Positions 1-14,000 of a DNA stretch of 64,000 nt are shown piece after piece. Origin of the DNA: the human T2T-CHM13v2.0 reference genome, Homo sapiens. The notes under the pieces are model-generated. The model was given only the letters and a program-made list of their open reading frames with translations. It did no database searches and was not told where the DNA came from. The translations under genes were made by a program, and so were the position numbers. How positions within the stretch are numbered: the stretch's first letter is position 1; every line of letters begins with the position of its first letter. The DNA lies in assembly GCF_009914755.1 (NCBI RefSeq), contig NC_060943.1; one strand, 5' to 3'.

Positions 1-3000
1 AAGTAGTTCTTTTTTGTTTATTTGTTTTTATTGCAAGATATTTGGTTTTTCACTATAGGTTTCAAAGGGCTGAAAAAGTCCCTTTAGAGACACTAAAAAA
101 TGGTGTTTCCAACGTATTGAATAAAAAAAGGTTTAACTATGAAAGAAATTCACCAACTGCAAAGCATTTTCACAGATAGCTTGTTTCTAGTTTTATCACA
201 GGATCCTTGGTTTATCACTGTAAGACTCAGTGGGCTCCCCAATGTCTTTTTGTAGGTTCTACGAAAACAGTGTTTCCAGCCTGTTGAATCAAAATAAAGT
301 TTAATTCTTTGAGATGAATCCACATATCACAAAGCATTTTCACAGATAGCTTGTTTCTAGTTTTTATCATCAGATATTTTGTTTTTCACTATAGGCTTCA
401 ATGCACTCAGAAATGTTGATTCTTAGATTCTACAAAAAAGCGTGTTTTCAAACAGATGAATCAAAACAAAGGTTTAACTCTGTGAGATGAATCCACACAT
501 GACAAAACATTTTCATAGATAGCTTGTTTGTAGTTTTTATCATGGGATATTCGAATTTTCAGCATATGCCTCAATGGGATCAGAAATATTCCTGCATAGA
601 TTCTATAAAAATAGTGTTTCCAAACTGGTGAATCAAAGCACAGGTTTCATTTGGTGAGATGAATCCAGCCACCATAAATGATTTTCACAGATAGCTTGTT
701 TCTACTTATTACAGTGGGATATTCTGTTTCTCACTATAGGCCTAAATGGGCTCAGAAATTTCCCTTCATAGATTTTACAAAAAGAGTGTTTCCAATCAGT
801 TGAATCAAAACAAAGGTTTAACTTTGTGAGATGAATTCACACATCATAAAGTATTTTCAGAGATAACATCTTTCTAGATTATAAGACAGGATATTTGTTG
901 TTGTTGCTTTGCTATAGACCTCAATAGGCTCAGAAATCGCCCTATGTAGGTTATAGAAAAAAAAGTGTGTCCAACCTGGTGAATCAAGACACAGGTTTTA
1001 TTTGGTGAGATAAACCCACACATCACAAAGCATTTTCACTGATACCTTGTTTCTAGTTTTTATCACGTAATATTCGGATTTTGCCAATAGGCCTCAAAAA
1101 GTTCAGAAATATCCCTTCATAGATTCTACAAAAAGAGTATTTCCAACCTGTTGAATCTAAACAAACGTTTAACTCTGTAAGATGGATGCACACATGGAAA
1201 AGCATTTTCACAGATAGCTTGTTTCTGGTTTATATCGCAGAATATTCAATTTTTCACCGTAGGCCTCAATAGGTTCAGAAATATCCCTTCATAGATTCTA
1301 CAAGAAAAGTGTTTCCAACCTGTTGAATATAAGCAAGGGCATAACTCTGAAAGATGCATCCACAGTCTCAAAGCAATTTCACAGAGAGCTTATTTATAGT
1401 TTTTATCACGGGATATTCTGTTTTTCACTCTAGAACTCAATTGGCTCAGAAATATTCCTTTGTAGATTCTACAAAAAGATTGTTTCCAACCTGTTGAATC
1501 AAAACATAGGTGTAACTCTGTGACATGAATCCATAGGCTGCAAGGCATTTTCACAGATAGCTTGCTTCTAGTTTGCATCACGTAATATTTGGTTAATCAC
1601 TATAGGCATCAATGTTCTTCCACAAAGAATGTTCTTCGTGCATTCCACAAAAAGAGTGTTTCAAACATGGTGAATCAAAACACTATTTCCATTCTGTTAA
1701 ATGAATCCACACATCCAAAACATTTTCCTAGATAGCTTGTTTTCTAGATTGTATTATGGGATTCTTGGTTTTTCACTGTAGGCCTCAATGGGCTCAGAAA
1801 TGTCTTTTTGTAGGTTCTACAAAAAGAGCGTTTTTAACCTGTTGAATAAAAACAAAGGTGGAACTCTGTGAGATGAATCCACACATCACAAAGCATTTTC
1901 ACAGACAGCTTGTTTCTAGTTTTTTTTATATATATAGTCCTTAATAGGCTAAAAACATCCCTTCATAGGTTCTACAATAATGTTTCCAACCTGTTGAATC
2001 CATGCAAAGATTTATCTTTGTGAAACAAATTCACACACTAAAAAACATTTTAACAGATCACTTGTTTCCAGTTTTTATTATAAAATATTTGGTTTCACAT
2101 GATAGGCCTCAATGGGCTGAGAAATGTTCATTCATATATTCTACAAATAGGGTGTCAAAACTGTGGAATCAAAATAAAAGTTTAACACTGAATCCACACA
2201 TCACAAAGCATTTTTACAAATAGCTTCTGTCTACTTTTTATTGCAGGGTATTCAGTTTCTCACTGTAGGCATAAATGGGCTCAGATATGTTTCTTCCTAG
2301 ATTCTACTAAAATAGTGTTTCACCCTTGTGAGTCAAAACAGAGGTTCCATTCGATGAGAAAAATCCACACATCACAAAGCATTTTCACAGATAGGGTGTT
2401 TCTAGTTTTATCACAGAATATTCAGTTTTCCACTGTAGGCCTCAATGGGCTCAGAAATATTTCTTTGCAGATTCTGCAGAAAGAGTTTCCAACCTGGTGA
2501 ATCAAAACACAGGGTCTATTCAGTGAGATGAATCCGGACATTGCTAAGCATTTTCACAGATAGCTTGTAATTCGTTTTTATTGTGAGACCCTTGGTTTTT
2601 CACGTCAGGCTTCAATGGGCTCAGAAATGTCTCTTTTTAGATTGTACAAAAACAGTGTTTTCAATCTGTTCTATCAAACCAAAGGTTTAATTCTGTGAGG
2701 TGAATCCACACATCACAAACCATTTTCACAGATGGTTCTTTCCAGTTTCCATCATGAAATCCTCGTTGTTTCCTGCCCCCCCACCCCCCCCACACACAAA
2801 CACACACACAGAGTCCTCATTGGGTTCACAAAGATTTTCTCATAGATTCTACTAAAAAAGTGTTTCCAACCTGTTGAACCAAAACAAAGGTTTAACTCTA
2901 TGAGATGCTTCCACACATCACAAAGCATTTTCACAGACAGAAAGTTTTTAGTTTTAATCACTGGATATTCTGTTTTTCACTGTAGGCCTCAAAGGGCTCA

Positions 3001-5063
3001 GAAATGTCAATTCGTAGTTTCTACAAAGAGAGTGTTTCCAACCTGTTTAATTACAACAATGGTTTAACTCTCTAAGATGAATGAAAACATCACAAGGCAT
3101 TTTCCCAGATAGCTTGTTTCTAGTTTTTATTGTGGGATATTCTGTTTGGCACTATACACATCAATAGACTCAGAAATGTCTTATCATAGATTCTACAAAA
3201 AAAAGTATTTCCATCTTGGTGAGTCAAAAATAAGGTTTAACTCTGTGAGATGAATCCACACGTCAGAAAGCATATTCAAAGATAGCTCGTTTCTAGTTTT
3301 TTATTGCAAGATATTCCATTTTTTACTATAGGCCTCAATGGGCTCAGATACATCCCATCGTATATTCTACAAAAAAGTGTTTCCAATCTGGTGAACCAAA
3401 ACACAGGCTCCTTTTAATGAGATGCATCCACACATCACAAGGCATTTTCAAAGAGATTGTTTCTAGTTTCAACTGCAGAATATTTGTTTTTTTACTATAG
3501 GCTTCAATGGGCTCAGAAATGTTTCTTTGTAGATTCTACAAAAAGAGTATTTCCAATATGGTGAATAAAAAAAAAAAAAAGATTTAACTCTGTGAGATGA
3601 AAGAACACATTGCTAAATATTTTCACAGATAGCTTCTTTCTAGTTTTCATCATGGGATATTCAGTTTTTCACGATAGGCCTCAATGAGCTCAGAAATGTC
3701 CCTTCATAGATTCTACAAAAAGAGTTCTAATTTGTTGAGTCAAAAAAAGGGTTTAACTGTGTGAGATAAATTTACACATGGCCAACTATTTTCACAGATC
3801 ACTTGTTTCTAGTTTATTTTGTGGGATATTCAGTTTTTCAATATAAGCCTCAATAAGCTCAGTAATGTCCCTTCGTATATTCTTCAAAAAGATTGTTTTC
3901 AACCTACTAAATCAAAACACGAGTTTCATTTGGTGAGATGAATTCACACATCAGAAAGCACCTTCACATGTAGCTTGTTTCTAGTTTTGTTTGCAGGATA
4001 TTAGATTTTTTTGCTATAGACCTAAAGGAGCTCAGAAATTTCTACAAAAAAGTTCTTCCCATTTATTCAATCAAAGAGAGGTTTATTTTCATGAGATGAA
4101 TCTGCACATCACAAATCACTTTCACAGATAACCTGTTTTCGGTTTTTATTGCAGGAAACTCAGTTTTTCACTACAAGCCTCAATGAGCTCAGAAATGTCC
4201 CACTGTAGGTTTTACAAAAAGAAGGTTTCCAACCTGGTGAATCAAAACACAGATTCAATTCACTGAGATAAATCTCCACTCCAGAAAGCATTTTCACAGA
4301 TAGCATCTTTTTACTTTTTATCATGAGACATTTGATTTTTTACTATTGGCCTCAATGAGGTCAGAAATGTCTCTTGGTAGATTCTATAAAAAGAGTGTCT
4401 CCAACCTGTTCAATCAAAACAAAGGTTTAACTCTGTGAAATGAATTCAAACATTGAAAAGCATTTTCACAGATAGCTTGTTACTAGTTTTTATCGTGTGA
4501 TATTTGATTTTTTACTCTTAGCCTCAATTTGCTCAGAAATGTCCCTTTGTAGATTCTATTAAAAAAAAAAGTGTTTCTTACCTGGTGAATCAAAACTCAG
4601 GTTTCAGTCAGTGAGATGAATCCATACACCACAAAGCATTATCACAGATAGCTTCCCTCTAGTTTTCATTGTGGGATATTTGATTTTTCATTATAGGCCT
4701 CAATGTGCTTAGAAATGTCCATTTGTATGTTCTACAAAAAGAGTGTTTCCAGCCTGTTGAATCAAAAGATTGATTTAGCTCTGTGAGATGAATGTTCACA
4801 TTGCAAACCACTTTCACAGATAGCTTGTTTGTTGTTTTTATCATGGGATATTCAGTTTTTCACTAGAGGCCTCAATGGACTCAGAAATGCCCCTTCATAG
4901 ATTCTACAAAAAAAGTGTTTCTAACCCTTTGAATGAAAATAGAGTTCTAACTCTGTGAGGTGAACCCACAATTTACAAAGCATTTAATCAGAGAGCTTGT
5001 TTCTTGTTTTTATAGTGGGATATTCAGTTTTTTACTATAGGTTTCAAAAGACTCAGAAATGTC
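1..5063 (-). repeat. Divergent monomeric alpha satellite (ALR), ~29-30 monomers of ~171 bp, ancient-layer type
   Basis: Motif aaagcattttcacagatagcttgtttctag recurs at ~171-bp spacing (161, 331, ~504, ~1027, ~1200...). The + strand reads as the reverse complement of the usual alpha consensus. Box region is gggatattcagtttttcactataggcc (A-type); no CENP-B box seen. Confidence 0.95.
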
Positions 5064-8000
5064 ACCCAGATGTTTCTATCATTAGACTGTCTGGGGTCAG
5101 TCAGGAGTCTCTCCCATTAGAATGCCTGCTGTTGCTCAGGAGTCTGTATAATTAGATTGCCTGTTGTCGGCCAAGAGTCTCTTTCATCAGAATGCTTGGG
5201 ATCATCCAGGTGTCTCTATTCATAGGACACCTGTGTTCACCAGCAGTCTCTCTATTAGAATGCTTGGTGTTGGCCAATAGTTTCTTGAATTAGAAGGCCT
5301 GGGGTCACCTAGGTGTCTCTATTATTAAAATGCTTTGCCTCACCCACTTTTCTTCATCATTAGAATGCTGGGGTTGGGCCAAGAATCTCTCCCATTAGAA
5401 TTCCTATGGTTTCCCAGGTGTCTCTATCACTAGACTGTTTGTGGTTACTAGGAGTCTCTTTTTAGAATGCCTGGGGTTTGCCAGGAGTCTCTAAAATTAG
5501 AATGCCTGGAGTCTCCCAGGTATTTCAATCGTAAGACTGCCTGGGGTCAGCCAAAACTCTCTCCCATTAAAATTCCTGTGCTCTTCCAGGTGTTTCTATC
5601 ATTAGACTGCCTGTGGTTGGCCAGGAGTCTCTCCCATTAGAATACCTTGGGTCACCAAGGTGTCTATATAGGCTGCCTGATTTCAGCTGGAAGTCTTTCT
5701 GATTAGAATCTCTGGTGTCAGCTGGGGTTCTCCGCTATTAGAATGCCTGGGGCCACCCTGGTATCTCTTTAATTAGACTGCTTGTTGTCAGCCAGGAGTC
5801 TCTTTAATTAGAATGCTTGGAATTGCCCAAGCGTCTGTATCATTAGATGGCCTGGGGCCAGCCAGGAATCTCTCCCATCAGAATGCATGAGGTTTGCTGG
5901 GAATATCTAAAGTTAGAATGCCTGAGGTCACTTAGGTGACTCTATCATTAGAATGCCTGGGGTCAGCCGGGAGCCTCTCCCATTAGAATGCCTGGGGTTG
6001 TTCAAGTTTCACTATCACTAAAATGCCTGGGGCTGACTGGGGTCTCTCCCATAAAAATACCTGTGGACAGCCAGATATCTCTATCATTAGACTGCCTGAG
6101 GTCACTCAGGAGTCTCTATCATTTGATTGCCAGGGGTCAGCCAGGAATCTCTCCCATTAAAATGCCTTGGGTCGTTCAGGTGTCTTTATCATTAGAATGC
6201 CAGGATTGGGGGGCCTCTCTAATAAAAATACCTGGGGTCGCTGAGGTGTCTTTATCATTAGGCTGCCTAGGGTTGCCAAGATGTCTTTATCATTAGAATT
6301 CCTGAGTTCAGCCAAAATTCTCTCCCATTAGAATGCCTGTGGTTGCCCAAATGTCTTTATCATTAAAATGCTTGGGGTTGGCCAGGAGTCTCTCCCATTA
6401 GAATGCCTATGATCACCCGGGTGGCTCTATCATTAGACTATCTGAAGTCGGCCAGTAGTCTCTTTCATCAGAATGTTTGGGTGGCCCAGGTGTCTCTATC
6501 ATTAGACTGCCTGGAGTTGGTCTGGATTCTCTCCAGTTAGAATGCCTGGGTTCGCTCAGCTGTCTCTATCACTAGAATGCCTGGGGTCATGCAGGAGTCT
6601 CTTCTATTAGAAAGTTTGGGGTAGCCCAACTGTCTTTATCATTAGACTGCCTGGGGTTGGCCAGGAGTCTCTCTCATTAGAATGCCTGGAGTCACCCAAA
6701 AATCTGTATAATTAGACTGCCTGGGGTTGGCCAGGAGCCTTTTCCTTTGGAATGCTTGGGGTCACCCAGGTGTCTCTATCATTAGACTGCCTGGGTTTGG
6801 CAGAACGTCTCTCCCATTAGAATGCCTGTGGTCATGAAGGAGTCTCTATCTTTAGACTGCCTGGGTTCAGACAAGATTCTCTCCCATAAGAATCACTGGG
6901 TTTGGCCAGGACCCTCTCCTATCAGAATGCCTGAAGCTGCCTAGATGTCTCCATCATTAGACTGCTTCGGGTTAAATGGGAAATTCTCCCATTAGAATGC
7001 CTGGGTTCACCCAGGTGTTTCTATCATTAGACTGCCTGGGTTTGGCCAGGTGTCTCTTTCATCAGAATGCCTGGTGCTGGCCAGGAGTCTCTCTTATTTG
7101 AGTGCCTGGTGTCGTGGAGGTGTCTATATCATTACAATGCCTGGGGCCACTCAGGTGTCTCTATCATTAAAAAGCCTCAAGTTGACCAGGAGTTTCTCTC
7201 ATTAGAATGTCTGTGTTCACCCAGTTGTCTCTATCATTAGACTGCCTGGGGTCGGCCGGGAGTGTCTGTCATTAGAATGCCTGCAGTCGCCCAAATGTCT
7301 CCGTCATCAGACTTCCTGGAGTCAGCAGGGAGTCTCTACCATTAGAATGCCTGAGGTCTCTCAGGTGTCTCTATAATTAGATTACCTGGGGTCAGCCAGG
7401 AATCTCTCCCATTAGAATGCCTGGAGTTTCCCAGGTGTCTCTATGCATAGACTGCCTCTTTCAGCCAGAAGTCTCTCCCAGTAGAATGCCTGGGTTCTGC
7501 TGGGAGTCTCCCCTTTTAGAACGCCTGAAGACACCCAGGTGTCTCTTTAATTAGACTGCCTGGGGTCAGCCAGGGGTCTCTTCCATTAGAATGCCTGTGC
7601 TCGTCAAGGTGTCTCTATCAATAAACTGCCTGCAGTTTGCCAAAAGTCTCTCACATTAGAATGCCTGGGGTCAAGCAGGTGTCTCTGTTATTAGCAAGCT
7701 TTGGGTTGGCCAGGAGCCTCTCCTATTAAAATGCCTGGAGTTGAGCAGAAGTGTCTCCCATTAGAATGCATGTGGTCGCCCATTTGTCTCTATCAATAGA
7801 CTGCCTGAAATTAGACATGGGTCTCTCCCACTAGAATGCCTGGGATCGCACAGGTATCTCAATCATTAGATTTTTGGGGTTGGCTGAGAGTCTCTCCCAT
7901 TAGAACACCTTCGGTCACCCAGGTGTTTGTTTCATTAGACTGCCTGGTATTGGCTGGGAGTCTCTCCCATTAAAATGCCTGGGGTCTCCCAGGTGTCTCT

Positions 8001-11000
8001 ATCAATAGACTGCTTGGGTCCGTCAGAAGTCTCTCCCATTAAAATGCCTTGGGTTGGATGGGAGTCTCTATTATTAGAATACCTTTGATTGCCCAGGTGT
8101 CTCTTATCAGATTGCCTTAGGTCAGCTAGGAGTCTCTCTCATTAGAATGCCTGTGGTAGCCCAAGTTTCACTTTCATTAGACTGCCTATGGCCGGCCAAA
8201 CTTCTTTCACATTAGAATGCCTGGGATCGCCAGCTGTCTCTATCATTAGACTGCCTGTGGTCAGCCAAAAGTCTCCCATTAAAATGCCTGGGGTCCCCTA
8301 AGTGTCTCTATCATTAAACTGCCTGGGTTCGTTATGGAGTCTCTCTTATTAGAATGCCTGGAGTTACCCAGGGTTCTCTATCCTTAGACTGCCTGAAGTT
8401 TGACAAGAGTCTCTCCCATTAGAATCACTGGGGTTCACCAGGAGTCTCTCACATTAGAATCCTTTGCATTGCCCAGATGTCTCTATCATTACAATGATTG
8501 GGGTGGCCCACTTGTCTTCATCATTAGAATGCTGGGGTTCAGCCAGGAGTCTCTCTGATTAGAATGCCTAGGTTTGCCTGGGGTCACTTAGTTGTCCCTT
8601 ATCTTGACTGCCTTGGTTGCCCAGGTGTCTCTATCATTACACTGCCTGGAGTTGCACAGGTATCTCTATCATTAGAATGCCTGGGGTGGTCCAAGATTCT
8701 TTCCCATTAGAATGCCTGGGGTCACCCAAGTGTCTCTAACATCATAGTATCTGGTGTCAACTGGGAATCTCTTTCATTAGAATATTTGGGGTCGCCCAGG
8801 TGTCTCTATCATTAGACTGCCTTGGGTAGCCAGGAGTCTCTCCCATTAGAAGGCCTGAGTTTGCCCAGGTGTCTCTATCATTAGACTGCCTGGGATCATC
8901 CTAATATCTACCTCATTAGAATGCCTGGTGTCAGCCAAGATTCTCTCCCATTTGAGTGCTTAGAGTAGCATAAATGTCTCTATCATGACAATGCCTGGGG
9001 CATCCAGGTTTCTTTCTCATTACAATGACTTGAGACGACCAGTATTCTATCCCATTAGAATGCCTGTGGTCTCCAGGTGTCTCTATTGTAATACTGCCTG
9101 GGGTCAGATGAAAGTGTCTCCCATTAAAATGTCTGGGGTTGCTCAGGTGTCTCTATTATTAGACAGCCTGGGGTAGGCCAGAAGTCTCCTCCATTTGAAT
9201 TTCTGTGGTTGTCCAGTGTCTCTATCATTAGACAGCCTGTGGTCTCCCAGGAGTCTCTCCATCAGAATGCCTGGTAATGACCAAAAGTCTTTCACATTAG
9301 AGTGCCTGGGGTTGCCCAGGTGTGTCTACCATTAAAATACTTGAGGTTGCCCAGTTGTCTCTATCATTAGAACACCAAGATTCTGTGGGAAGTCTCTCCC
9401 ATTAGAATGCCCAGGTTTGCCCAGGTGTTTCTATCATTAGACTGCCTTGTGTCATCCGGGAGTCTCTCCCATTAGAATGACTGGGGTCGCCAATGTGTCT
9501 CTATCATTAGAATTCCTGGGGTTGGCTGGGGGTCTCTCCTGTAAGAATGGCTGGGGTCACCCAGGTCTCTCTAACATTAGACTGCCTGGTTTTGCACAGG
9601 TGTCCCTAAGATTAGAATGCCTAGGGTCGTCAGGGAGTCTCAACCAATAGAATGCCCATGGTCACCCAAGTGTCTCTATCATTAGACTGCCTAGGGTCAG
9701 CTTAGAGTCTCTCCCATTAGAATGTGTGGGGTCACCCAGGAGTCTATATAATTGAACTGCCTGAGTTTGACCAGGAGTCTGTCTCATTAGAATGCCTGGG
9801 ATCACTAAGGAGTCTCTATTTCTAGATTGCCAGGGGTCGGACGAAAGTCTCTCATTAGAATTAATGGGGTTGCCCAGGTGTCTCTATAATTAGACTATCT
9901 GGGTTAGGCCAGGAATCTTTCCCATTAGAATGCCTGGGGTCGTTTAGGTGTCTCTATGCGTAGACTGCCTGGAGTTGGCCAGGATTCACTCCCATTAGAA
10001 TGCCTTCTGTCACCTGAAAGTCTCTCCTATTAGAATGCTTGGGGGCACCCAGGGGTCTTTTTAATTAGACTGCCTGGGGTCGTCCAGGACTTCTTCTCAT
10101 TACAATGCCTCTGGTCGCCCAGTTGTCCCTATCAATAGACTGCCTGGGGTTGGCCTGGAGTCTCTTCCATTAAAATGCCTGGGGTCACCCAGGTACCTCT
10201 ATAATTAGATTGCTTGGGGCCATCCAGGTTTCTCTTTCATTGGGATGCCTGTGATTGCCCATGTTTCTCTAAAATTAGACTGCCTGGGGTCGGCCAGTAG
10301 TCTCTCCCATTAGAATGCCTGGGGTCACCCAGGTTTCTCTATAATTAGACTGTGTGGGGTCCACCAGGAATCTCTCCCATTAGAATGCCTGTGGTCACCC
10401 AGGTGTCTCATCAACAGACTGCATGGGTCAGCCACGAGTCTCTCCCATTAGAAAGTCTGGTGTCAGCTAGGAGTCTCTTTTATTTGAATGCCTGGGGTCA
10501 TTCACCTGTCTTTTTAATTCGACTGCCTGAGGTCACTTAGGAATCTCTTCCATTACAATGCCTGAGGTCGCCCAGGTTGCACTTTAATTAGACTGCCTGG
10601 GGTTGGCCAGGAGTCTCTTTTATTAGAATGCCTGTGGTCACCGAGGTGTCTCTATCATTAGACTGCCTGTGGTCAGCCAGGTGTCTCTCCATTAGAATGC
10701 CTGAGTTTAGCCAGGAGTCTCTCACATTAGAATGCCCGTGGTCACCCAAGTGTCTCTATTATTAAAATGCTTGGGGCCACCCACGTGCCCCTATCATTAG
10801 CATGCCAGGGTTCAGCCTGGAGTGTCTCCCATTAGAATGCCTGAGGTCGCCCAGGTGTCTCTATCATTATTCTGTCTGGTGTTGGCTTGGGTGTCTCTCC
10901 CATTAAAATACCTAGTTTCATCCAGGTGCCTCTATCATTAGAATGCCTGTGGTTGGCTGGAGGTCTCTCCCATAAGAATGACTGTGGTTGCCCAGTTCTC

Positions 11001-14000
11001 TCTATCATTAGACTGCCTGGGGTCACAGAGGTGTCTCTATTATTAGAATGCCTAAAGTCTTTTGGGAGTCTCTCTCATTAGAATGCCTAGAGTAGCCCAA
11101 GTGTCTTTATCATCACACTGCCTGGGGTTGGTTGGGAGTCTCTTTCATTAGAATGCCTGGGGTGTCCCAGGAGTCTGTATAATTAGACTGACTGGGGTCA
11201 GGAAGGAGTCTCTCCCATTAAAATGCCTGGGGTAGACCAAGTGTCTCTATCATTAGACTGCCTAGGTACTGCCAGGAGTATCTCACATTAGAATGCCTGG
11301 ATTGGACCAGGAGTCTATCCCTAGACTGCCTGAAGTCGAATAATAGTCTCTCACCTTAGAATGACTGAGGTAGCCAGAAGTCTCTCCAATTAGAATGGCT
11401 GGGTTCGCCCAGGTATATTTATCATTAGACTGCCTGGATCTTCCTGGAGTCTCTCTCATTAGAATGCCTGGTGTCAGTCAAGAGTCTCTCCCATTTGAAT
11501 AACTGGGGTCACACAGATGTCTCTATCATTACAATGCCTTGGGTCACCCAGGTGTCTCTATAATTACAATACCTCGGGACGATCGGTAGTCTCTCTTATT
11601 AGAATGCCTTCGGTCACCAGGTGTCTCTATCATAATACTGCCTGGGGTCACACAGGAGTATCTCTTATTAGAATGCCTGGGGTTGCTCAGGTGTTTCTAT
11701 CATTAGACTGCCTGGAGTCAGCTAGAAATCTTCCCCATTAGAGTGCTTGGGGTCACCCATGTGTCTCTACCCATAGACTGCTTGGGTCAGCCAAGAGTCT
11801 CTCCCAGGTTTCTCTCTCATTAGACTGCCTGGTGTCAGACAGGAGTCTCTCTCAATCGAATGCCTGGTGTCAACGGAAAGTTTCTCCCATTAGAGTGCCT
11901 GGGTTCTCACAGGTGTCTCTATCATTGCAATGCCTGGGTTGCCCATGTGTCCCTATCATTAGAAAGCCTCATGTCTGCCAAGAGTCTCCCGCATTAGAAT
12001 GCCTGCAATCGCCCAGGTGTCTCTATTATTAGATTTCCTAGGGCTGGCCAGGAATCTATCCCATTAGAATGCCTGGGGTCCCTTAGGTGTCTCTATGCAT
12101 AGATTGCCTGGTGTAGGCCACGAGTCACTTCCATTAGAATGCCTTGGGCCGGCTAAGTCTCTCCTACTAGAATGCCTCAGGTCACCCAGTGGTCATTTTA
12201 ATTAGACTGCCTGGGGTCGTCCAAGAGTCGTTATTATTAGAGTGTGTGTGGTCACCCAGAGGTCCCTATCAATGGACTCCCTGGGTTCAGCCAGGAGTCT
12301 CTCCCATTAGCATGCCTGGGGCCACCCACCTTTCACTTCAATTAGACTGCCTGTGGTTGGCCAAAAGTCTCTCACATTAGAATGCCTGGGGCCACCCAGG
12401 GTTTTCTATCATTAGACTGCATGTGGTCAGCCAAAAGTTTCTCCCATTAAAATTCCTGAGGTCCCCCAAGTGTCTCTATTATTAGACTGCCTGGGTTCGG
12501 CTGGGAGTCTCATATTAGAATGCCTACAGTCACCCAAATTTCCCTATCCTTAGACTGCCTGAAGCCAGACAAGAGTTTCTCCCATTAGAATCGCTGGAGC
12601 TTGCCAGGAGTCTCTCACATTAGAATGTCTGGGGTCACTCAGGTGTCTCTATCATTAAAATGATTGGGGTGGCCCACTTGTCCCCATCATTAGATTGTCA
12701 GGGTTTGGCCAGGAGTCTGATTAAAATGCCTTGGGTCGCCTGGGAGTCTCTTTTATTAGAAAGCGTGGGGTCGCTTAGGTGTCTCTTATTTAGACTGCCT
12801 GGGGTTTCCCAGGTGTCTCTATCATTAGACTGCCTGGGGTTGCACAGGTATCCCTATCACTAGAATGCCTGCGGTGGTCTGAGAGTCTTTCCCATAAGAA
12901 CACCTGGGGTCACCCAAGTGTCTCTTTCATCACACTGACTGGTGTTGTCTGGGAGTATCTTTCATTAGTGTCTCTAACATTAGATTGCCTGGGGTCGTTG
13001 GGGAGTCTCCTCCATTAGAATGACTTGGGTGGCCCAAGTACCTCTATTTTTAGACTGCCTGGGGTGGGCTGAGAGTCTCTCCTATTAGAATGCTTGTGGT
13101 CGCCCAGGAGTCTGTATAATTGAGCTTCCTGGGTTCGACCAGGGCTCTCTCCCATTAGAATGCCTGGGGTCGCCCAGGAGTCTCTATCCTTAGACTTTCA
13201 GATGTCAGATGAAAGTCTCTTTCATTAGAATGCCTGGGGTCGCCAAAGTGTCTCTATAATTAGACTGTCTGGGTTCGGCCAGGTATGTATTTCATTAGAA
13301 TGCCTGGGGTCGCTTAGGTGGTCTGTATGCATAGACTGCTTGGAGTCAAACAGGAGTCACTCCCAATAGAATGCTTTCGGTCAGCCGAAAGACTCTCCTA
13401 TTAGAATGCCTGGTGGCACCCAGGGGTCTTTAATTATACTGCCTGAGGTCGTCCAGGCGTCTTTCTCATTACAATGCCTAGGGTCACCCAGATGCCTCTA
13501 TCATTAGACTGTCTGTGGTCATCCAGGAGTCTCTTTCACTGAAATTCCTGCGGTTGCCTATTTGTCTCTATCATTAGACTGCCTGGGGTCAGCCTAGCAA
13601 TAAATGAAAGTTTAAGCTATACTAAACCCAGGGTTGGTTAATTTCATGCCAGCCACTGCGGCCATTAGTCTCTCCCATTAGAATGCCTGGGGTCACCCAA
13701 GTTTCTCTATAATTAGACTGTGTGAGGTCAGCCAGGAATCTCTCCCATTAGAATGCCTCCAGTCACCCAGGTGTCTCTATCAACAGACTGCTTGGGTCAG
13801 CCAGGAGTGTCTCCCATTAGAATGCCTTGGGTCAGCTAGGATTCTCTCTTATTTGAATGCCTGGGGTCGCCCAGGTGTCTTTTTAATAAAACTGCATGCA
13901 GTTGGCCAGGAGTCTCTCCCATTAGAATGCCAGGAGTTGCCCATTTGTCACTTTAATTAGACTGCGTTTAGTCGGCCAGGAGTCTCTCCTATTAAAATGC

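Noticed and set aside
2775-2812. C-run/(ca)n tract in alpha satellite as an insertion
   Set aside because: Microsatellite expansion of the ttttcacta box region within one monomer.
1-5063. CENP-B boxes or active-centromere HOR
   Set aside because: No box seen on either strand; monomers too divergent.
5030-5100. HSAT4 derived from the alpha segment gctcagaaatgtcccttcatagatt
   Set aside because: Needs several gaps, and the real junction (gtc) is not in that register; weaker than the ungapped match to the 35-mer at 43.4-45.8 kb. Not formally excluded.
5100-5120. HSAT4 ccaggagtctctcccat resembles antisense 5S rRNA cccaggcggtctcccat
   Set aside because: Short match that does not extend; compatible with chance.
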